In this document: in pieces, positions 9,075 through 18,159 of the stretch
How positions within the stretch are numbered: the first letter of the stretch is position 1
Layout: every line of letters starts with the position of its first letter
Source of the DNA: Dehalococcoidia bacterium
Lineage (GTDB): Bacteria > Chloroflexota > Dehalococcoidia > Lucifugimonadales > UBA3495
NCBI GenBank assembly: GCA_965203195.1
Contig: OZ241860.1
Location: 642,334 to 706,333 of the forward strand
Length of the DNA stretch: 64,000 nucleotides
Direction of reading: 5' to 3'
Notes under the pieces: model-generated
The model's database searches: none
What the model was told of the DNA's origin: nothing
Seen by the model: the letters and a program-made list of their open reading frames with translations, nothing else
Position numbers and translations under genes: made by a program

Positions 9075-10133
9075 ATGATGACGGCAAAGCGCAGAACCGC
9101 CCTGAAATACACTCTGCTGACGACAGCAGCAGGGCTGATTGTCGCCTGCTGGCTGGCGCTGGCCGGGGCCTGCGGGCCGGTCGCTTCCCCTTTCCCGGCG
9201 GCGCCGGGCGGCGATTCCGGGGCGACGCCTACGCCCATTCTCACGCCCACCATCTGGTGGCTGGGAGATACCCCGTCGCCGGCCGAGCTGGCGACGCCTG
9301 GTGGAGATTCCGAGGCGACGTCTACACCCACGCCGACCATCTGGATCATAGATGATACCACACCTTCTGAACTCGCTACGGCCATGGCTGCGCCCTCGGC
9401 CACGGCTTTGCCTGACGACTTCGTCTGGCCTACCGCCCCTCCTCCGCTTACTGCGGAAGATGTCGGCGCCACGCTGGCGGCGAATATAGCCACCGCGCAG
9501 GCGCAGCAGGCCAGCGAGGCCGCTTCCGAAACCCCTACGCCGGAACCTACCCCTACCCCAACGCCGCTGCCGCTAACCGAGCAGGTAACGCAGTTCGCGC
9601 GGGATATGCAGGGGCGATATAACGTAGTAGCCCGTGTCAAAGCCGAGGCCAGTCGCAATGTGTCGATCCCTGACAACCTGGCATATCCACACAATACAAA
9701 GCCCTGGGGAGAGGATAGTGTGACCCGGACACCAGTCACGGTCGTCACTACATACTATGGGGTTATGCCCGCAGGTTACGATCTGGTTACGCCGCCGTCA
9801 GCGCCGAATGCGGCGCCGGAGGCCGGGCAGGAGTATGTTCTCTTTATCCGCAACTTCTTCGCCAGCGAGAATAGCGCAGAATGTTCCGGGGCGCGCGTTC
9901 AGGGGGGGCCAATTTGTTACAACAAGGCACAGATTGACGCCATGGGCGGGCCAGGCGGTTTTCAATTCGGAGCGCAGTTGTGGATTTTGGACGGCGAGCA
10001 GGCTTGGCGAATCCCGCGCGAGCATCTGATAATTGGGCCGGCCGGCTCCGATCTGTCAGCAGCGAAGGCAGGAGGCGACACGCTGCCTTTATCGGATTTG
10101 GAGGCTGCCATACGCCGGGGAATTACGGAGTAA
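9075..10133 (+). CDS. secreted/lipoprotein-like protein, paralogue family A (Pro/Thr-rich repeat module + conserved C-terminal domain)
   Basis: 352 aa. N-terminal basic stretch, hydrophobic helix, then Cys (LALAGAC). One full and one degenerate copy of the roughly 56-aa module TPTPTIWI.DD..PSELATAMAAPSATALPDDFVWPTAPPPLT.EDVGATLAAN. C-terminus ends ...LSDLEAAIRRG. Confidence 0.8.
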   Translation: MMTAKRRTALKYTLLTTAAGLIVACWLALAGACGPVASPFPAAPGGDSGATPTPILTPTIWWLGDTPSPAELATPGGDSEATSTPTPTIWIIDDTTPSELATAMAAPSATALPDDFVWPTAPPPLTAEDVGATLAANIATAQAQQASEAASETPTPEPTPTPTPLPLTEQVTQFARDMQGRYNVVARVKAEASRNVSIPDNLAYPHNTKPWGEDSVTRTPVTVVTTYYGVMPAGYDLVTPPSAPNAAPEAGQEYVLFIRNFFASENSAECSGARVQGGPICYNKAQIDAMGGPGGFQFGAQLWILDGEQAWRIPREHLIIGPAGSDLSAAKAGGDTLPLSDLEAAIRRGITE

Positions 10134-10297
10134 CGACTACGCTGCAATTTCAGTTTTGAAGCGGCGGAGCGGGCCGCGCCGCTGGCGGAGTGGGAGGCGG
10201 GCAGCGTGGGGGAAATAATCGGGCGGGCATTGCCGCATAGTGTACACTGGCGCGCAACTGGTCGCTGGATGCGCCGGCGCCGCAAGGGGATTTCGCT

Positions 10298-11413
10298 ATG
10301 TCGCGCCGCCGCCATGCCCTTAAACTTGCCTTTCTGACCGCTGCATTGGGGCTGGTTGCCCTGTGCCTGGTGGCGCTGGCCTGCGCGCCGGCCGGGCAGA
10401 ATAGGGCGCCGGCCGGCGAAGGCCAAGCTACGCTTACGCCCACACCGACCATCTGGATTATTGGCGATGCTTCGCCCTCGGAACTCGCTACGGCTATGGC
10501 TGCGCCCTCGGCCACGCCTTTGCCTGACGACTTCGTCTGGCCTACCGCTCGTCCCCTGCTTACCATAGAAGATGTCGGCGCCACGCTGGCGGCGAATATG
10601 GCCACACCCACGCCGACCATCTGGATTTTAGATGATACCTCGCCCTCTGAACTCGCTACGGCCATGGCCGCGCCCTCGGCTACGGCTTTGCCTGACGACT
10701 TCGTCTGGCCTACCGCGCCTCCCCCGCTTACTTTGGAAGATGTAGGAGCCACGCTGGCGGCGAATATAGCCACCGCGCAGGCGCAGCAGGCCAGCGAGGC
10801 CGCTGCCGAAACCCCTACGCCGGAACCTACCCCTACCCCAACGCCGCTGCCACTAACCGAGCAGGTAACGCAGTTTGCGCGGGAGATGCAGGGGCGATAT
10901 GACATAGTCGCCCGCGTCAAGGCCGGCGACACCCGTCATATCAAAGTTTCGCGCAGCGTAGCATGGCCTCCCTATCAGGAACCGGTTTTCTCTAACTGGG
11001 ATGGACTGATGCGGACGCCGATTACTGCCGTAACTACATACTACGGCGACCTGCCGGCGGGTTACGAGCTGATTTCCCCGCCGCGCTCCCTTTACCCCAA
11101 TGTATATTTGGATTCCGGTGCGGAATATGTGATTTTTATCTGGAAAAGTTTTGTGAAGGCATCGGATTATCCCGATGCTCCAAATGACAATTTTCTTTAT
11201 AACCAGACGCAACTGGACGCTATTGGGGGCGAAGGCGGGGGGCGTTTTGGCTTGCAAGCCTGGGTAGTGGACGGCAGCACAGCCTGGCGCATTCCCGCCG
11301 AGCATATCAGGAGTCGGCAGCCGGCCGCTGATCTGGCAGTGGCGCGCGCTGCCGGTGAGAGGCTGCTCCTGTCAGAGCTGGAGGCAGCCATCCGGCGGGG
11401 CTTGCCGCAGTAA
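10298..11413 (+). CDS. secreted/lipoprotein-like protein, paralogue family A (two repeat modules)
   Basis: 371 aa. Signal-like N-terminus with Cys (LVALAC) and two tandem copies of the 56-aa module. About 300 nt (10621-10930) are near-identical to 9331-9640 of the upstream gene. Confidence 0.8.
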   Translation: MSRRRHALKLAFLTAALGLVALCLVALACAPAGQNRAPAGEGQATLTPTPTIWIIGDASPSELATAMAAPSATPLPDDFVWPTARPLLTIEDVGATLAANMATPTPTIWILDDTSPSELATAMAAPSATALPDDFVWPTAPPPLTLEDVGATLAANIATAQAQQASEAAAETPTPEPTPTPTPLPLTEQVTQFAREMQGRYDIVARVKAGDTRHIKVSRSVAWPPYQEPVFSNWDGLMRTPITAVTTYYGDLPAGYELISPPRSLYPNVYLDSGAEYVIFIWKSFVKASDYPDAPNDNFLYNQTQLDAIGGEGGGRFGLQAWVVDGSTAWRIPAEHIRSRQPAADLAVARAAGERLLLSELEAAIRRGLPQ

Positions 11414-11470
11414 TGCCGCCGCCGACCGGCAACCGCGCCGGTGCCGCAATGCGAACAGGGAGAGACTATA

Positions 11471-12346
11471 ATGACGCCAAAACGCCGGACTGCCCGGCAA
11501 TTGGGCCTGCTGGCTATGGTTGCTACGGCAGCGGCAATCTTGTTGGTGGCGGGACCGGCCTGCGCACCGGCTGCTCCGGGCGGGCAAACCTCGGGGCAGG
11601 TGAAACCGGACGCTACGGCGGAAGCAACGGCCACGGCCACCACCGCCGCAACGAACACGCCGACGTTGGAACCGTCGGCTACCGCGGGGACGACCAGCGC
11701 GGCGGCGCCGGAAACCACTCCCACGGAGCTGCCCTCACCGGAGCCGCCCCCAACCATGCCAGTAACGCCGGATATGGCAAAGCTGGGGGTGCGTACCGGG
11801 GCCGTCGTAAGGTTTCTGTCCGCGCCAACCCCCGCGGCCGTTGTTGCGGACGACGCCATCAGTGGCGCATCCGGCGCATCCGGAGTCGGTTCGTCGGCTC
11901 CGGTTATCCCGCCCATTGCCCTGCCGCCATTGATTGACGCGAGCATTTCTACCCTTAACCTGGAAGCTACGCGGAGTTTTCTGGAAGCTAACGGTGGCGC
12001 GATAACGGAGAGTTTTCAGCCGCGCGGCGCGGTTAACTGGGTTATTTCGGCTGATATGCCGCCAGCGCTGCTGCCCGCTCTTTCGCGACAGCCGGAAACG
12101 CTTCATGCCTTCGTAGGCGTGTTGTATGAAAAAGTGGACAACGAAATTGGCGAGATGGTTGTTGAATACGCCGTCAAAAAGGCCAATAATCCCGGCATAG
12201 GTTTGGGGAGCATAGTCGTAATAGTGGAAGCCACGCCGGAGGGCTACGCTAACGTCCGGCGCCTGCTCGCGCGCCACAACTTACGGCTGACTTATCCTGA
12301 CGATTTTGGAAGCGTCACGGATTTCAGATTATCCCGGCAGGGCTGA
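11471..12346 (+). CDS. secreted/lipoprotein-like protein with Pro/Thr/Ala-rich linker and an unrelated C-terminal domain
   Basis: Start at MTPKRRTA (ATG 11471). Signal-like LLAMVATAAAILLVAGPAC. No recognisable catalytic motif. Confidence 0.65.
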   Translation: MTPKRRTARQLGLLAMVATAAAILLVAGPACAPAAPGGQTSGQVKPDATAEATATATTAATNTPTLEPSATAGTTSAAAPETTPTELPSPEPPPTMPVTPDMAKLGVRTGAVVRFLSAPTPAAVVADDAISGASGASGVGSSAPVIPPIALPPLIDASISTLNLEATRSFLEANGGAITESFQPRGAVNWVISADMPPALLPALSRQPETLHAFVGVLYEKVDNEIGEMVVEYAVKKANNPGIGLGSIVVIVEATPEGYANVRRLLARHNLRLTYPDDFGSVTDFRLSRQG

Positions 12347-12547
12347 TTTTGCCGATTACGGAGCTGCCGGGGGTTACCTACATCAACAGACCTCCTATAG
12401 CAATCCCGGCGGTATTGCCGGAGTCGCAGCATCGGCCGGCTCGGCCCGCCCGGAGCGCCGGGCGGGTACACGGCGCGTTGCGCTGTGCTATGCTATGATG
12501 GCTTGCCGGCCGACCCGCGATTTTTCTTCCGGCGCGAGGCCAACGCT

Positions 12548-13438
12548 ATGACCACCCCAACCGTCGCACTGCCTTACCCGCCGCCGCCGTCCCCGACCCG
12601 CCGCCACCGCCTTACGCAGCTGCCCGACCCGCCCCAGCGTCCTATGGCATCCCAGTCGCCTTACACCGCCCGCGCCCATCTCATCCTGGAGGCACGCTTC
12701 CGGGAGTTCCGCAATGCGCTGGTGATGCAGGAGGGCTACCTGTGTCGGCACGCCGGCGAGGCGCGGGGCGCCCCGGCGCCGGATTGCATTGTGGCCTTTA
12801 ACCTGCCCGTCCCGCCGGCGGAAATTATTGCCGCCAACGGCTACATCATCAGCGAAGTGGGCAAGCCGCCCGATTTTGTGCTGGAAGTGGCCTCCCGCTC
12901 CACCGGGAGGCGGGATTACACGGTCAAGCGCGTTCTGTATGCCACCTACGGGGTGGTGGAGTACTGGCGCTTTGACCCTACGGGGGGCGATTTTCACGAT
13001 GCGGCTCTGGCCGGCGACCGGCTGGTGAACGGGGAATACCGGCCCATACGAATATATCGGATGGCCGGCGGCGGGTTCCGGGGCTACAGCGCCGCCCTGG
13101 ATCTGGAGCTGCGCTGGGAAATGGGGCGGCTGCGTTTTTGGGATCCGTCGACCCGGGAGTATCTGCCCGATCTGATTGAGTCCCGCGCGCAGACCGATAC
13201 CGCCATTGCCCAGCGGGATGCGGAAGCCGCCGCCCGGAACGAGGCCGAAACCCAGCGGGACGAGGCCATTGTGCAGCGGGATGACGCCATTGTGCAGCGG
13301 GATGACGCCATTGTGCAGCGGGATGCCGAAGCCGCCGCCCGGCGCCGCGCCGAGGAACGCCTGCGGCGGCTGGAAGCCCGGCTGGGCCAATTTTCCGATG
13401 CTGACGATGAGGAGGAGAACCCCAATGACCGAGTTTAA
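12548..13438 (+). CDS. Uma2 (DUF820) family endonuclease with a repetitive coiled-coil tail
   Basis: Start at MTTPTVAL. The PD-(D/E)xK-like core PDFVLEVASRST...YATYGVVEYWRFDP is typical of Uma2. The C-terminal tail carries AIVQRDD heptad repeats. Confidence 0.75.
   Translation: MTTPTVALPYPPPPSPTRRHRLTQLPDPPQRPMASQSPYTARAHLILEARFREFRNALVMQEGYLCRHAGEARGAPAPDCIVAFNLPVPPAEIIAANGYIISEVGKPPDFVLEVASRSTGRRDYTVKRVLYATYGVVEYWRFDPTGGDFHDAALAGDRLVNGEYRPIRIYRMAGGGFRGYSAALDLELRWEMGRLRFWDPSTREYLPDLIESRAQTDTAIAQRDAEAAARNEAETQRDEAIVQRDDAIVQRDDAIVQRDAEAAARRRAEERLRRLEARLGQFSDADDEEENPNDRV
13265..13327 (+). repeat. 3 x 21-bp in-frame tandem repeat (gccattgtgcagcgggatgac)
   Basis: Two identical copies and a third with one mismatch, read directly from the sequence. 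They encode AIVQRDD x3 within the Uma2 tail. Confidence 0.9.
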
Positions 13439-14612
13439 TTACGACGGCCTGTTCGCCGCCAATGCGCCCGTCACCACGCGGGCCGCCAACCGCCATGCGC
13501 GGTATGACTTCGCTGTGGCCTACCCCGATCCGGACACGCTGCCGCTGGACGGGCTGGCGGACGCGCTGCGGACGGCGCTGGAACGGGAAGGGCGGGATCT
13601 GGCCTACTATCCGGTGGCGGCCGGTTACCCGCCGCTGCGGGAGCTGGTGGCGGAAAAGCTGCGCCGCGACCGGCAGATGACGGTGTCGCCGGAGGACATT
13701 GTCCTCACCTCCGGTTCCGGGGAAGCCATCAATATGCTCGTCCAGGCATTTACCGACCCCGGCGATGTGCTGCTCACCGAGGAGTATGTCTATCTGGGCA
13801 CTATGCGGCAGATGCGGCTGTGGGGCGCGCAGGTGGTGGGCGTCAAGTGCGACGGCGAGGGGATAATCCCGGAAGCGCTGGACGAAACCATCCGGGCGCA
13901 GACGGCGGCCGGCCGGCGGGTCAAGTTCCTGTACACCATCCCCACTTTCCAGAACCCCCTGGGCTGGACGATGACGCTGGAACGGCGGCGGCGCGCCCTG
14001 GAAGTCTGCCAAAGCCACGGGGTGCCGGTGCTGGAGGATGACTGCTATGTTGACCTGCGCTTTGAGGGCGAGGATGTGACTTCCATCTACGGCCAGGATG
14101 ACAGCGGACAGACGCTGTATGTGGGTTCAATGTCCAAAATCATTGCGCCCGGCGTGCGGATGGGCTATCTGGTGGCGCCGGAGGCGGTGCGGCAGCGGGC
14201 GTTGAGTTTCAAGTCCGGCGGCGTCAACCAGTTCGCGGCCCTGGCGGTTGCGGAATACCTCCGCAACCATATGTACGAGCATATTGCCGACGAAAACCGG
14301 GCGCTGCGGGTCAAGCGGGACGCGATGCTGGCGGCGCTGGGGGAACACTTCGGCAACCGCGCCGAATGGACGCGGCCGGAGGGCGGGCTGTACCTGTGGC
14401 TGACGATGCCCGAAGGCACCGATCTGGCCGGCTTTCAGGAGCAGTCGTTCCGGGAAGGCGTGGGTTACTACAACGGCACGATGTTCTCGCCGGAAGGCAA
14501 CGGGGCGAATATGGCGCGCCTGTGTTTCGGGCACCCGACGGCGGAAACGGTGTCGGCGGGGATTGCGGAGCTGGCGGCGATTTTTGAGCGCAACGGGATT
14601 TTCGCCGGTTAA
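13425..14612 (+). CDS. class I/II PLP-dependent aminotransferase
   Basis: ORF 13176.. trimmed to MTEFNYDG (ATG 13425). The PLP-lysine region is GSMSKIIAPGVRMGY. 395 aa. Confidence 0.85.
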   Translation: MTEFNYDGLFAANAPVTTRAANRHARYDFAVAYPDPDTLPLDGLADALRTALEREGRDLAYYPVAAGYPPLRELVAEKLRRDRQMTVSPEDIVLTSGSGEAINMLVQAFTDPGDVLLTEEYVYLGTMRQMRLWGAQVVGVKCDGEGIIPEALDETIRAQTAAGRRVKFLYTIPTFQNPLGWTMTLERRRRALEVCQSHGVPVLEDDCYVDLRFEGEDVTSIYGQDDSGQTLYVGSMSKIIAPGVRMGYLVAPEAVRQRALSFKSGGVNQFAALAVAEYLRNHMYEHIADENRALRVKRDAMLAALGEHFGNRAEWTRPEGGLYLWLTMPEGTDLAGFQEQSFREGVGYYNGTMFSPEGNGANMARLCFGHPTAETVSAGIAELAAIFERNGIFAG

Positions 14613-14639
14613 ACGGCCGGCGGCGCAGTCCGACAAGTA

Positions 14640-14681
14640 GCGGCGGGGGGCGAATGGTGTTTCGCCCTCCGCCGCGTTTTT
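14640..14681 (+). terminator. rho-independent terminator after the aminotransferase gene
   Basis: 15-bp GC-rich stem (gcggcggggggcgaa / ttcgccctccgccgc, one G-U pair), 6-nt loop, then GTTTTT. Confidence 0.7.
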
Positions 14682-14706
14682 CCCTCCGGTGGCCGGACCG
14701 CGGCGT

Positions 14707-15894
14707 CTAGTCGGCGCCGCCGGCGACTGTTGCGGCGGCTCCGGCCCCGGCCGGCTGGCTGCCGTTGGCGCGGATGGCGAAGCGGGCCACCAGGTCGCCG
14801 ATGCTCTGCCGGAAGCCGGAGTATTCCAGCTCGCCGTAGGGCAGCATGGCGGCGCCGGACCAGCCCTGCGACCGCATGGCGATGCCCTTTTCCTGGGCCA
14901 CCTGGCGGGTGTAATCCCAGGCCGGGTTGTCAAAAAAGTCGGTGGACGATTCGGCGAACTTGCCGGCGCCGTTGATGCTGAAGCCCACGCAGGACACCAG
15001 GGGCAGGCAGTACATCCCGGTCACCGCCGTGTTGATGGGGACGGGCATCAGCGGCATTACATGGGAACCCCGGGCGTCGCCGCCAATGTAGTGGGCCTTG
15101 GTGTAGGGGGAAATCAGCTCCTCCGGGGCGGGGAAAATGCCCTGGTTGCGGACCACGGCCACCGGGTCATCCTTGCCGGTGTAGCTGCCGGCGATGTTGT
15201 GCAGCCGGGTGGCGGAGACGGCGGCGGCGGTCTGGCCGGAGTAGCGGGAGACGATGCTCTCGATGGCGAAGCGCTCGTTGTCCCGCAGCAGGACGGTGAT
15301 CTTGTAGTAGTCCTCGGGGGCGTTGAGGGAGATGAGGCTGTCGCCGGCGGTGTTGTCCATATCAATGATGTTGAAGGTGAAGCCGTCGCCCAGGCGGGGC
15401 AGCATCAGGCCGGCGCAGTACATGGGGTCGGCGAAGCCCAGGAACATAGGCAGGTTGTAGGCGCCGGGGCCGCACTTGTCGGCGGCCAGCACAAAGAAGG
15501 ATTCCGCCGGGCGCAGCGGGTTGGTCTTTACCGGGTCGTGGTCAAAGGTTATTTCGGCCACGGCGGGGCCGGCGCCGCGGATGTTGCCGGAGGGGGCGTC
15601 GACGAGCAGGTCCTGGCCGGCGCCATAGAGGCCGTACTGCCGGGCGATTTCGGTGGCTTCGATGAAGGTGTCCCAGGCGAACTGGTGGACAGCGGTGTCG
15701 TTGTCGCCCCGGGTGTGGGTGGAGGTGATGCAGATGTCGTCGCCGGTATGCCCCACATAGGCGTCGATGAGCAGGCCGCTGCGGATGGCACGGTCGGCGG
15801 CGGCGCGGGCGGCGTCCATCATTCGCGCCGACGGTTTGGTGTGGCCGCCGATGGAGCCGACGTCGGCTTTGAGCACGGAAATGGTCAAGTCCAT
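14707..15894 (-). CDS. fbp: bifunctional fructose-1,6-bisphosphate aldolase/phosphatase (class V FBPase)
   Basis: 395 aa. The N-terminus MDLTISVLKADVGSIGGHTKPS is characteristic of the archaeal-type FBP aldolase/phosphatase. Confidence 0.85.
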   Translation of the reverse strand: MDLTISVLKADVGSIGGHTKPSARMMDAARAAADRAIRSGLLIDAYVGHTGDDICITSTHTRGDNDTAVHQFAWDTFIEATEIARQYGLYGAGQDLLVDAPSGNIRGAGPAVAEITFDHDPVKTNPLRPAESFFVLAADKCGPGAYNLPMFLGFADPMYCAGLMLPRLGDGFTFNIIDMDNTAGDSLISLNAPEDYYKITVLLRDNERFAIESIVSRYSGQTAAAVSATRLHNIAGSYTGKDDPVAVVRNQGIFPAPEELISPYTKAHYIGGDARGSHVMPLMPVPINTAVTGMYCLPLVSCVGFSINGAGKFAESSTDFFDNPAWDYTRQVAQEKGIAMRSQGWSGAAMLPYGELEYSGFRQSIGDLVARFAIRANGSQPAGAGAAATVAGGAD

Positions 15895-16167
15895 ACTGAT
15901 TTCTCCCTTTCATCCGTCCGGCGCATGGGACGCAATCAATCGGCGCGCGCCAGGATGCGGTTCAAATTTGTTTGCCGTGGGCTGGCTGTTGGGCATCCGA
16001 TTGTACCATAGCATCAGCCCAGCGATGGGGTCAATTTGGGGCGGGCGGCGCGGATGGCGTGTCCGGCACCGCCCGGTGCCGCCCGGCGCCGGCGGGTTGC
16101 TTGCGCTGCCCCCGGCGCTGTACACTAGGCTGGGCTGCCCCGGCGCCGGGGCGGCCCGCAATTGATT

Positions 16168-16647
16168 ATGTATGTCCATCTTTCCAAATCCCGGCAGCGC
16201 GATACCCGCAAGCTGCTCAATGCCCTGGCCTTCGGCTCGGTGGTATGGCCCATCGTACTGCTGATAGCGTTTGCCGTTCTGCTGGGCGGGCTGGGGGCTT
16301 CGGTCGGGCTGCCGCCAGTGGAATTCGGGCTGGACTTTATCGACCGGGCGGCGCCCAGCCTGTCCGGCGTGGTGGCCAAGCTCTGGCTGATCTGCTTTTT
16401 CGGGGCGGCGTTCTGCTACGGCATTGGCCCGCGCCTGACCGGGTTCTTGCAGCACCGTTCCCTGGCGGCGCCGCCGATGGCGCGCTTCACACGGAGCGTG
16501 GCAATGAGCCTGCCGGCGGCCTTGGGCGGCAGCGTGGCCGCCTTCTTGGCCGGCCCGCACGGCCTGACGCCGGCCCTGACCCGCCCCAGCCGGATCGCAT
16601 TAAGCACGGCTTCCGACCTGGCGGGTTCCGCGCCCCGGCTGGAATAG
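16168..16647 (+). CDS. hypothetical integral membrane protein
   Basis: 159 aa from ATG 16168. At least three hydrophobic helices, and a strong GC3 codon bias consistent with coding. Confidence 0.45.
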   Translation: MYVHLSKSRQRDTRKLLNALAFGSVVWPIVLLIAFAVLLGGLGASVGLPPVEFGLDFIDRAAPSLSGVVAKLWLICFFGAAFCYGIGPRLTGFLQHRSLAAPPMARFTRSVAMSLPAALGGSVAAFLAGPHGLTPALTRPSRIALSTASDLAGSAPRLE

Positions 16648-16781
16648 CCGGGCGCCTTCTCCCGCGGCGCGTTTCCGGGGGCAGATTGCCTCCGGACGCG
16701 CGCCGCCGCGCCGCTCGAAGGCGGCGTTTCCACAGCAACTTGCCCCTTTGGGGCTCCTGTCACGCTTTGGAGAAGGCGCTT

Positions 16782-17795
16782 ATGTTCGCAATGCACCGCT
16801 ACCGTGGCGGTTTCGCCGGCGTTGCCGCCGCGGCCGTCATCATCGTCATCGCTCTGGCCTTTTGGGGCTACGGGGCGCCGGCGGCCGGCCCGCCCCCGAC
16901 GGCCCACGCCCAGCCCGCGCCGGTGCGTCCGCCGCCGAACCAGCAGGCGCGGAACACCGGGGAACCGGGCGAAGTCATCGTGACCTGGGGGATGGCAACC
17001 GGCGCGAATTCCTACCGCGTCGGCTGGCTCAATCACAATGACTACCTTGCCGCCGGCAGCGACTGGCTGCAACGGTTCACTTTCGCCAATGTGCCGCCGC
17101 GGGCGCGGGAGTATAAAATTACCCGCTTGACGCCCGGCGAGGAATACTGGTTCATTGTGGCCAGTGTGGACGCTCAAAACCGGATGTACTGGCCGGCGCA
17201 GTGGATTGAGAAATTCACGGTAACGGCGGCGCCGACGCCGACACCAATGCCGATGCCCACGCCGATGCCCACGCCTACACCCTGCCCCACGGCCGGACAC
17301 GGCCCCGGCGCGCCCGCCGGCGGCGACGGGGCTATGTGCCCCATCACCGGCCTGCCCATTGGCGAGGGGTACAAGGAAATTGGAGACCGCAAAATCTGGA
17401 ACGGCATTGGTTCACTGACTGTGCAAAGTGCACAGATTTTGGAACCTGGTCAGCATAGGTTCATCATCAGCGATGAACCTTACACCATTCCGAATAAACC
17501 GGGCCGGCGTTTTTTGAAACTGACCGTGTTTCTCAACAATTTCAGCCTGCTTGAGGATTGGGTGCTGTATCCTGGATTCGACTTCATTCTGGATACAGAC
17601 GCCGGGATTGCGTTTAACGCCAGCGGTTCGCGAGGCGCTGGTCCTTTAGCGCAAGGACAGACCGAAATGGTTTTTGAGATCCCGGAAAATGCTGAAACCG
17701 CGATTTTGGCAGCGCAACCGGGATATTACACAACCGATGCTTCACGAGTTGCTTTCAATCAACCTACACTGTGGCGCATTCCCGTTCCGCAGTAA
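16782..17795 (+). CDS. membrane-anchored protein with FN3-like domain, Pro/Thr linker and a beta-rich C-terminal domain
   Basis: Long ORF 15972..17795 trimmed to MFAMHRY behind a GGAG RBS. N-terminal TM helix, the FN3-like segment EVIVTWGMATGANSYRVGW...EYWFIV, and a PTPTPMPMPTPMPTPTP linker. Confidence 0.7.
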   Translation: MFAMHRYRGGFAGVAAAAVIIVIALAFWGYGAPAAGPPPTAHAQPAPVRPPPNQQARNTGEPGEVIVTWGMATGANSYRVGWLNHNDYLAAGSDWLQRFTFANVPPRAREYKITRLTPGEEYWFIVASVDAQNRMYWPAQWIEKFTVTAAPTPTPMPMPTPMPTPTPCPTAGHGPGAPAGGDGAMCPITGLPIGEGYKEIGDRKIWNGIGSLTVQSAQILEPGQHRFIISDEPYTIPNKPGRRFLKLTVFLNNFSLLEDWVLYPGFDFILDTDAGIAFNASGSRGAGPLAQGQTEMVFEIPENAETAILAAQPGYYTTDASRVAFNQPTLWRIPVPQ

Positions 17796-17850
17796 GGCGT
17801 TGTTGCGTTGCTTGCTGAATAGCAACGGCGGCGCAACCGGAAACCGTCAA

Positions 17851-17880
17851 GCCCCGGTACTTCGGAGTGCCGGGGCTTTT
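17851..17880 (+). terminator. rho-independent terminator
   Basis: gccccggtact-tcgg-agtgccggggc stem-loop followed by TTTT, 55 nt after the stop codon at 17795. Confidence 0.7.
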
Positions 17881-18159
17881 CCGCTGGAGCGGGTTTTCCC
17901 GCAGCGGACTGGGCAACCGGCCCGGCCCGCATCGCCAAGACATCGGAATCATCGCCGCATTTCCAGCGCGCCAGGCTGATTTGGGGCGCCGATTGGCAGC
18001 GCGGGGTGTGGTAGGGATTGACGGCGAGGTGATAGCATAGCGGCATAGGGCCGCAAGTCCCGGCCCCGGCAGCGTCCCGCCATTGTGTCCCATAGCATTG
18101 CCATCTAGTAACGCCATTACGCCGGCGCAATCCGGGCCGCCTGGCGCCCGCCTTACGGA

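Noticed and set aside
8903-10932. Minus-strand ORFs 8903..9748 and 10150..10932 with [12 protein letters not shown] stretches
   Set aside because: They are mirror images of the Pro/Thr-coding repeats of the plus-strand lipoprotein genes. The plus-strand genes have signal peptides and RBSs; these do not.
12306-12551. 81-aa ORF in the intergenic region before the Uma2 gene
   Set aside because: It overlaps the end of the third lipoprotein gene and the Uma2 start. Its composition is low-complexity and there is no RBS.
15972-16781. N-terminal 270 codons of the long ORF 15972..17795
   Set aside because: The composition there is Arg/Ala/Gly-rich, and it overlaps the better membrane-protein frame 16168..16647. 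The FN3 protein has its own RBS, a Met at 16782 and a TM anchor immediately after.
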